From Oligoflexales bacterium (GTDB lineage: Bacteria > Bdellovibrionota_B > Oligoflexia > Oligoflexales > Bog-1112): a DNA stretch of 12,128 nucleotides. This document shows, one piece after another, positions 1 through 5,930 of the stretch (positions within the stretch are counted from its first letter, which is position 1; the number at the start of each line of letters is the position of its first letter). A program made the translations under genes and the position numbers. The stretch covers positions 1 through 12,128 of the forward strand of contig JBGCDR010000265.1 in assembly GCA_045105515.1 (NCBI GenBank). The letters are read 5' to 3'. Under the pieces are notes generated by a model. The model worked only from the letters and a program-made list of their open reading frames with translations. It was not told where the DNA came from and did no database searches.

Positions 1-82
1 TTGCGCGCATGGGCACCCCCAAGATCTTTTGATTTTCCGACAATTATAGCCTTTTTAGAGAAACTGGGGAAATTCGCTAAAG

Positions 83-110
83 ATTATAGTGCTCTAAGCC
101 TTACACACAA
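83..110 (-). promoter_or_regulatory. Candidate sigma70 promoter (TTGTGT-N16-TATAAT) reading leftwards toward an ATG at position 10
   Basis: On the minus strand: TTGTGT at 105-110, perfect TATAAT at 83-88, a second TATAAT at 43-48, GGGGGT at 15-20 and ATG at 10-8 (M-R-A, running off the window). Confidence 0.35.
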
Positions 111-137
111 AAGCGGCGGTGTGTTTCCAATCAGGCA

Positions 138-992
138 CTAACTAGCCCCTAATTTATAGCGGGTAATATCTATATCTACTGAATAACCAGAAGAATAATC
201 AGTTTGCCTCGCACCATCGTAAGCTAGATTAAATCCAAAAGACATAAATTGAAGTCGGTAGCTGAAGCTACTATACTGAAGTTTACTTGCAACTAAGGAA
301 TTATCCTTACTTTGCTCATCAAGTCCTAAAGTACCAGCCTGAAGGGTGAACCAATGATCTTTATATGCTTTTGATTCGAGGGATTCTGATTTAAGCGGAA
401 CAATGCTTGTATCCATGCCAAGCAAAGCTACACTAGCTCCCATAGCATCCAGTAGCTCTCTGCCTCTCATTCCATCAAGCTTATCGTCATCTCTAATATA
501 GCGTCCATTAATTTTAATAAGATGGCCTAGTTCATGCACAAGCAACATAACCCTTTCAGCAGGGCTTAGACTGACAAAATCTTCTTGATTAATAATGATA
601 GAATTACTCTTTGGGTTGGCTCCTGCCTGAACTTTTCTCCAAGGCCCATGTGCTCTTGCATGTTTGATGGACTCACCGGTTAAGGTGATTTTTACACTTT
701 TAATTCTTTTACGCATTGCATTGTAATGCTTACTTAATAGTTGTTGTACGATCCGCCTTTCTTTTTTGCTAAGTCCATCAAGGTATTGGCAAAATTTTCC
801 TTGTTGGGATTCACTGCACTTTGCTAATTCATTTTGCTTGTAGTATTCTATTTCTCTTACAGCTGATTTGGTTTGTTTTAAAGCTACACGTAGCTCAGCT
901 TCATAAATAGTGCCACCATTATCTACAAAAGTAGATGCGTAGCTTGTGAGACAAAAGCAATTAAAAACGACTACGATCAATAACTTATTCAC
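138..992 (-). CDS. Putative secreted protein with HExxH zinc-metallopeptidase-like motif and C-terminal beta-strand (outer-membrane barrel-like) region; possibly 3'-truncated
   Basis: Long ORF (track 138..1049). The best start is GTG at 992, with AGGAGG at 998-1003 five nt upstream, overlapping the upstream gene's stop by 8 nt (284 aa). The N-terminus MNKLLIVVVFNCFCLTSYA looks like a Sec signal peptide. It contains MLLVHELGH. The C-terminus has alternating aromatic/hydrophobic strands (HWFTLQAG, YSSFSYRL, FGFNLAY, TRYKLGAS). Confidence 0.75.
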   Translation of the reverse strand: MNKLLIVVVFNCFCLTSYASTFVDNGGTIYEAELRVALKQTKSAVREIEYYKQNELAKCSESQQGKFCQYLDGLSKKERRIVQQLLSKHYNAMRKRIKSVKITLTGESIKHARAHGPWRKVQAGANPKSNSIIINQEDFVSLSPAERVMLLVHELGHLIKINGRYIRDDDKLDGMRGRELLDAMGASVALLGMDTSIVPLKSESLESKAYKDHWFTLQAGTLGLDEQSKDNSLVASKLQYSSFSYRLQFMSFGFNLAYDGARQTDYSSGYSVDIDITRYKLGAS

Positions 993-1809
993 CACTTCCT
1001 CCTGTTGGACAGAGATTAATAATGAGTTGGTATAGCCTCTCATCATCATGTTCGTGTTGTTCTGAAAACTGTTTCAATTTCTCCATGAATTCTCCTATTA
1101 ATTCCAGCAACTCCTGGTAAGACTCTTTATTAAGAGGAAGCACCAAAGCATTTGCATAACGTTCATCAGTTGAATATTGGTCAATTCCATCCTTTGCAAT
1201 ATTGATGCTCTTTTTATGGAATTTTCGTACATAATCGTTTCTTTTTCCATCACCTGCTATAAACAGAGGAACTTCTTCCACTAACTGTCCACGTTCATTG
1301 ACCCGTAAATACCCATTCCTCATCAAGGTCTTTAAGGCTCGTTCAATCTGCTTATGACTAGCGATCCCCCCTAAAACCTTAAATATTTCATCTCGATTAC
1401 GTTTAACAGATGAGAGCCTTGCTGCATCTTTCACATATATGTTAAGCCAATCCTTAAACAGATCATCTGCTGCTTGCTTACGCCTTGATTGGTGAGATCT
1501 TTCCTTGAGAGAGTCACTTGGCTTTTTATCCATTTGGGTACTTAGCCCTTCACCTCGCTCAATCCAATGATAAAAATACTGCTTTTCTTTGCCTTTCAGT
1601 CCACACAAAGCTGCTAAAGACTCTGCTCGATCTAAAGTTATTCTTCTTTTCCTAGCAATGATCTGTGAGACCAGTGCAGGTGACATCTTTCTTAGCAGCT
1701 TACTTACCCTTAGAACTGAGAAGCTTCTCTCGGTTTTCTTGCGATAAGCAATCATGTCTTTTACAAATTCGACTGGATCGTCGTAATCAAATACCACTGG
1801 ACGCATCAT
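985..1809 (-). CDS. TIGR02147 / DUF4423-like family protein (N-terminal HTH-like domain)
   Basis: 274 aa. The N-terminus VFDYDDPVEFVKDMIAYRKK...FSV...SPALVSQIIARKRRIT...LCGLKGKEKQYF and the C-terminus VRKFHKKSINIAKDGID...ER...LYQLIINLCP match the family pattern as I recognise it. RBS GGAGG at 1813-1817. The start could be the ATG at 1809 or 1806. Confidence 0.85.
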   Translation of the reverse strand: MMRPVVFDYDDPVEFVKDMIAYRKKTERSFSVLRVSKLLRKMSPALVSQIIARKRRITLDRAESLAALCGLKGKEKQYFYHWIERGEGLSTQMDKKPSDSLKERSHQSRRKQAADDLFKDWLNIYVKDAARLSSVKRNRDEIFKVLGGIASHKQIERALKTLMRNGYLRVNERGQLVEEVPLFIAGDGKRNDYVRKFHKKSINIAKDGIDQYSTDERYANALVLPLNKESYQELLELIGEFMEKLKQFSEQHEHDDERLYQLIINLCPTGGSGE

Positions 1810-1860
1810 ATTCCTCCCTTACCTATATATACGGTATTTTTTCAATAAAATTAATGATCT

Positions 1861-1889
1861 AGTAAAGATATTATTTTACTTTGTAAAAT
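1861..1889. promoter_or_regulatory. Overlapping inverted repeats upstream of the TIGR02147-like gene (possible operator)
   Basis: ATTTTAC-TTT-GTAAAAT (1873-1889) and AGTAAA-N8-TTTACT (1861-1880). The context is AT-rich, so chance occurrence is possible. Confidence 0.3.
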
Positions 1890-2062
1890 TATTTCCATGT
1901 CCCAATTTACCACTTTTTTCAGATAGTTGGGATGCCTAGGCTTAGAAAGAAGAGTAAGAGCGGAAAATAGCTTTACGCAGATGGAACTTGGAATTTAAGC
2001 GAATTCAAATACTTGTAAGGAAACCTCTCAATTCAAGCCTAGGTAACACGGACAAAAAAAAA

Positions 2063-3070
2063 TCAGTCTATAAGGTTTAACTGACTAATTTTCTGAATAC
2101 TTAAGCTAAAATCTTCGGTAGCTGACGGTAACATCCCATAAAGATTGGCAAAGGCATGGATCTGACGCTCCATAATATTCAGGTCGACACGCACTCCATG
2201 CTGCTCTAACAAACGAGCATAAAGAAGCCCCTCATCGAAAAGGATATCAAACCCTGCTAGATAGATTATTGCTGGGGCTAGTCCTGAACAGTCCTTTGCA
2301 TAGAGGGGCGACACCAAGGGATTTGTAAGGATTTGGCCTGCGGCATAGTTTTTTTCAAACCAAGTCATGGTTTTCCGGCTCAAGAGATAACCTTCTGCAA
2401 ACTCCTTACGGCTAGATGATTCTCCCATAAGATCAGTGACAGGATAAAATAAAATTTGATATTTCGGCTGCTCTAGACCTTTTTGTTTACACAATAAACA
2501 TAAGGCTGTAACAAGATTTCCTCCTGCACTATCCCCACAAAAAATAATTGGAGATGAAAAGCCTAGCAAGCCGCTTCTATGCAACATTAACCATTGATAT
2601 ACATCGAGTCCCTCATACAAAGCAGCAGGAAATGGAGATTCAGGTGCTAGTGCATAGTCTATAGCTAAGACAGCATGGCCAGAGTCTCTGGCAAGCACCT
2701 TACAAACCAGATTATGACTGTCAAGATTACCAAGAACCCAACCACCTCCATGCATAAACATAATCACAGCAGAATTAGGCCCAAAATCAGGAGGGAGGTA
2801 CAAGCGCACTGGAATTTTACGTTTGCTTCCTTCAATAAAAAAGTTCCGAACCTCCATTCCATCTTTATGTGATCTGAATCCCGGTTTCGAAAGAAGAGAA
2901 AAACTTCGTCTTGCATGTTCAACGCTCTTGCATTCATGAGCTTGTTTAAAAAACCGCGCAAATGACAAAAAAAACCTCATCTGGGGATCAAGTTTGTATG
3001 AACGCCGGTTGATTACCTTACGAAATAGCTGAGGAACTAAGTTCAGTATTTTTTGCTCTAGTCTTGCCAT
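2063..3070 (-). CDS. Alpha/beta hydrolase, HSL family (family IV) esterase/lipase, Aes-like
   Basis: Oxyanion motif HGGGW, DYALAPE, nucleophile motif GDSAGG, GFDILFDEG (Asp) and QIHAF (His). ATG at 3070 lies 7 nt after GGAG; the ORF track starts at TTG 3073. Confidence 0.93.
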   Translation of the reverse strand: MARLEQKILNLVPQLFRKVINRRSYKLDPQMRFFLSFARFFKQAHECKSVEHARRSFSLLSKPGFRSHKDGMEVRNFFIEGSKRKIPVRLYLPPDFGPNSAVIMFMHGGGWVLGNLDSHNLVCKVLARDSGHAVLAIDYALAPESPFPAALYEGLDVYQWLMLHRSGLLGFSSPIIFCGDSAGGNLVTALCLLCKQKGLEQPKYQILFYPVTDLMGESSSRKEFAEGYLLSRKTMTWFEKNYAAGQILTNPLVSPLYAKDCSGLAPAIIYLAGFDILFDEGLLYARLLEQHGVRVDLNIMERQIHAFANLYGMLPSATEDFSLSIQKISQLNLID

Positions 3071-3177
3071 CAAGGTGCTCCATCGAAAGCATTATTGAAT
3101 GCGCCTCCAGATATTCTTGCATATTCGCCTCTAAATAGATCATAGTTTTAACAAAGCAAATTTAGAAAGGATGAGCC

Positions 3178-4323
3178 ATGACCTTGAAACGCACCTTATT
3201 CAATGCCGAACATGAAATTTTTAGAGAATCCTTCAAGAAATTCCTAGAAGAAGAGGTCAAACCATATCAGGAAGAGTGGGAAGCAAAAGGCATCGTTCCC
3301 AGAGAGGTTTGGAAAAAATGTGGTGATATGGGATTTCTCGTCCCTGCTGCCCCAGAGCAGTATGGAGGTCTTGGCCAAGATGACTTCCTATTTGAAGCGA
3401 TTATGATTGAAGAAATAGCTGCTATAAATGAATCAGGGCTGATGCTGGGCTTACATAACTCCCTAGTTGCCCCTTATATCTTAAGCTTTGCAAACGAAGA
3501 ACAAAAATCACGCCTAATTCCTGGGATTGTATCTGGCGATTGTATTTTAGCTATTGCAATGAGTGAGCCTGATGCCGGGAGTGACCTTGCAGGCATGAAA
3601 ACCAAAGCAGAGGATTGCGGTGACCACTGGATGCTAAACGGCAGTAAGACCTTTATCTCCAATGGGATCTTAAATGATGCCGTGTTAGTTGCTGCACGCA
3701 CAGACCCCAAAGATCCTCATGCTATGGGTATTTTTATAGTTGAGCGTGGAGACGAAGGTTATAAGCGAGGCAAGCCTTTTAAAAAAATGGGCCTTCTATC
3801 ACAGGACACTGCTGAACTTTTTTTTGAAAATGTTAAAGTTTCTAAGAAAAATGTACTCGGAGATCCAAAAAAGGGATTTTATTACCTGATGGACAAACTG
3901 GCCATCGAACGCCTAACAGTATGCATAGGCTCCATTGCTACTGCACAATCAGCTATAAACGAAACTGTCAGGTATGTGAAGGAACGTAAAGCATTTGGAA
4001 AGCCAATCGCTAAATTCCAGAACACTCAATTCAAACTTGCTGAATTGCAGACAGAAGTCACCATTGGCCAAGTCTATGTGGATCGCCTCATGGAAGCGTA
4101 TATCCAAGGTAATCTCGGTGCAGAAGAAGCATGCGGTGGCAAATACTGGACTACCGATTTAACCTGCCGAGTCGTCGATGAATGCCTCCAACTTCATGGT
4201 GGTTATGGGTATATGACTGAATACCCTATCTGTAAGATGTTCACGAATGCGAGGGTAGGAAAGATTTATGCAGGATCTAACGAGATCATGAAGACCGTTG
4301 TTGCAAAAGGAATGGGATTATGA
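3178..4323 (+). CDS. Acyl-CoA dehydrogenase, long-chain (LCAD)-like
   Basis: Motifs AIAMSEPDAGSD, LNGSKTFISNG, KMG...DTAELFF, RKAFGKPI and QLHGGYGY. It has helix-G ERL and C-terminal KIYAGSNEIMK, as in LCAD-type enzymes. RBS AAAGGA upstream. Confidence 0.95.
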   Translation: MTLKRTLFNAEHEIFRESFKKFLEEEVKPYQEEWEAKGIVPREVWKKCGDMGFLVPAAPEQYGGLGQDDFLFEAIMIEEIAAINESGLMLGLHNSLVAPYILSFANEEQKSRLIPGIVSGDCILAIAMSEPDAGSDLAGMKTKAEDCGDHWMLNGSKTFISNGILNDAVLVAARTDPKDPHAMGIFIVERGDEGYKRGKPFKKMGLLSQDTAELFFENVKVSKKNVLGDPKKGFYYLMDKLAIERLTVCIGSIATAQSAINETVRYVKERKAFGKPIAKFQNTQFKLAELQTEVTIGQVYVDRLMEAYIQGNLGAEEACGGKYWTTDLTCRVVDECLQLHGGYGYMTEYPICKMFTNARVGKIYAGSNEIMKTVVAKGMGL

Positions 4324-5495
4324 AAGGAATTCTTAAATCTTTAAAAATTCTTGATTTCACCACAATGCTTCCTGGACCTCTAGCAAGCCTCTATCTTGCG
4401 GATCTAGGAGCACAGGTTCTGCGGATCGAATCTCCTGAAAAACCAGATCCGATGCGATCGCTTCCTCCATTTAAGGATGGCAAATCTGTTGCTCATTCTT
4501 ACCTGAATCGTTCAAAGCGTTCCCTTTCCATTAACTTAAAAAAAAGCCAGGCCAGGGAAATTATCTTTAAGCTTGTCGAAGAACATGATGTGCTTATTGA
4601 ACAATTTCGACCTGGGGTGATGGAAAGACTAGGATTAGGATACAAGGACCTTTCCTCAATCAACCCTAGGCTCATCTATATTTCCCTAACTGGTTATGGG
4701 CAAAATGGTCCGCTGAAAGACCGCGCTGGTCATGATATCAACTACCTTGGTCTTTCCGGAGCCTCCAGTTATTCCGGTACAAAAGCACAAGGACCGGTGC
4801 TTTCAGGACTCCAACTTGCAGATATGGCTGGAGGAAGTTACCACGTAGTTATGGGTTTGCTAGCAGCTGTGATACATCGCCTAGAGCATGGAGAAGGACA
4901 GTACCTTGACGTTAGCATGAGCGATAGTGTCTTGAGCATGCAGGGACTGTATGCTGCATCGACTCTTGCTGGTAAACAAGACCTAGGCTACGAGTCTCAC
5001 GTCCTTAACGGTGGTTCATACTACGACTATTATGAGAGCAAAGATGGACGGTACTTTACTGTTGGAAGCCTGGAGCCAAAATTTCTTAAATCTTTAGTGG
5101 AAGCAATTGGATGCGACGAGTTGTTACAATTGCTCAAAGATGACCCAGTCAAATTCAAGCAGGCGCTCAAGGAACAGTTTGCTCTCAGAGATTTTGCTCA
5201 ACTTAAGGAAATTTTTGCTACAGTAGATGCCTGCGTCGAACCCGTTCTAAGCCTTGCAGAGGCATGTGAGCATGAACACTTTCGCGCTAGGAATATGTTT
5301 GTTGAGGTTCCAAAAAACGAACTTGATACTACCGTAACTGAGACTCAAGTAGCTAGTCCATTTAAATTTTCAAAGTCCCAAGCAAGTTACAGCTATATTG
5401 GCCGCAAACAGGGCGCCGATACTGCATCAGTCCTCAAGGAAATCGGCCTTTGCAGTGAGCAGATAAATGTTCTCAGGGCTGAACAAGTGATTTAG
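4320..5495 (+). CDS. CaiB/BaiF family III CoA-transferase, alpha-methylacyl-CoA racemase-like
   Basis: Motifs LPGP...LADLGA, LNRSKRSLSINLK, DVLIEQFRPGVMERLGLGY, TGYGQ, GHDINY and LADMAGG. ATGA overlap with the upstream stop indicates translational coupling. Confidence 0.92.
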   Translation: MKGILKSLKILDFTTMLPGPLASLYLADLGAQVLRIESPEKPDPMRSLPPFKDGKSVAHSYLNRSKRSLSINLKKSQAREIIFKLVEEHDVLIEQFRPGVMERLGLGYKDLSSINPRLIYISLTGYGQNGPLKDRAGHDINYLGLSGASSYSGTKAQGPVLSGLQLADMAGGSYHVVMGLLAAVIHRLEHGEGQYLDVSMSDSVLSMQGLYAASTLAGKQDLGYESHVLNGGSYYDYYESKDGRYFTVGSLEPKFLKSLVEAIGCDELLQLLKDDPVKFKQALKEQFALRDFAQLKEIFATVDACVEPVLSLAEACEHEHFRARNMFVEVPKNELDTTVTETQVASPFKFSKSQASYSYIGRKQGADTASVLKEIGLCSEQINVLRAEQVI

Positions 5496-5503
5496 TGTCA
5501 GCC

Positions 5504-5857
5504 AGCTCGAAATGACAATAGTGAACCCTCCAAGCTGTTGCGAAAGAGAGAGCTCTAGAGAGGGAAGGGAGATAGCTCCCTGGGAGATTTCTCGACGGAG
5601 CTCGAAATGACAAATATGAGTCATCTCAACGGAACTCGCAACAATGGGCTCGAGTCATCTCGACTGAGCTTTAATCACGGAATGAGTCATATCAACCGAA
5701 CTCGCAACAATAGGCTCGAGCCATCTCGACTGAGCTTGAATCACGGAACGAGTCATCTCGACTGAACTTCCGTAGCTTTAGCGAAGGAAGGGAATGGAGA
5801 GATCCTGTTCGAATAAATGCGATTTCTCGACGGATTTCACCCTGAACACGAAATGAG
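5504..5857. repeat. Cluster of REP-like palindromic elements (GTCATCTCGAC...GAGAGATC / GATTTCTCGAC...CTCGAAATGAC type)
   Basis: AGCTCGAAATGACAA at 5504-5518 and 5599-5613. GATTTCTCGACGGA at 5586-5599 and 5821-5834. Hairpins: GGGAG-ATAG-CTCCC (5567-5580), CTTCC-GTAGCTTTAGCGAA-GGAAG (5767-5790) and GAGAGATC/GATTTCTC (5797-5804/5821-5828). Confidence 0.8.
5616..5768 (+). repeat. 66-bp tandem repeat (2.3 copies) composed of five 19-bp cores GAGTCATCTCGACTGAGCT
   Basis: Units 5616-5681 and 5682-5747 match at 61/66 positions, and a partial third unit begins at 5748. Cores start at 5618, 5652, 5684, 5718 and 5750. Confidence 0.92.
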
Positions 5858-5870
5858 GAAAAAAATAAAG

Positions 5871-5899
5871 TTGACGCATCCGTCATTTTTTATTTCAAT
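5871..5899 (+). promoter_or_regulatory. Candidate promoter and TetR-type operator for the FMO-TetR-thiolase-FadB operon
   Basis: Palindrome TGACG-CATC-CGTCA (5872-5885) is flanked by complementary A-rich and T-rich tracts. It overlaps TTGACG (-35-like, 5871-5876), with a weak -10 TTCAAT at 5894-5899 at 17-nt spacing. Confidence 0.5.
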
Positions 5900-5930
5900 T
5901 TAAACATACATTTTTTCAGGAGGGTAAAAG

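Noticed and set aside
993..1049. Upstream ATG start (1049) for the HExxH ORF
   Set aside because: It lies well inside the TIGR02147-like gene. GTG 992 has a strong RBS and puts the signal peptide at the N-terminus.
3089..3102. Palindrome GCATT-ATTG-AATGC in the divergent esterase/dehydrogenase promoter region
   Set aside because: Arms are only 5 bp and differ from the TGACG palindrome, so it cannot be distinguished from chance, although its position is plausible for a regulator site.
5607..5765. 52-codon plus-strand ORF through the tandem repeat (MTNMSHLNGTRNNGLESSRLSFNHG...), preceded by GGAG
   Set aside because: The open frame follows from the 66-bp period, the RBS and ATG are part of the palindromic element, and all five differences between the units change the amino acid. 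Not called as a gene.
5616..5768. CRISPR array
   Set aside because: Repeats are only 19 bp and degenerate, linkers are 13-15 bp and themselves repeat, and there are no cas genes in the window.
5427..5886. Minus-strand ORFs 5427..5624 and 5692..5886
   Set aside because: They are translations of the repeat region with no recognisable protein features.
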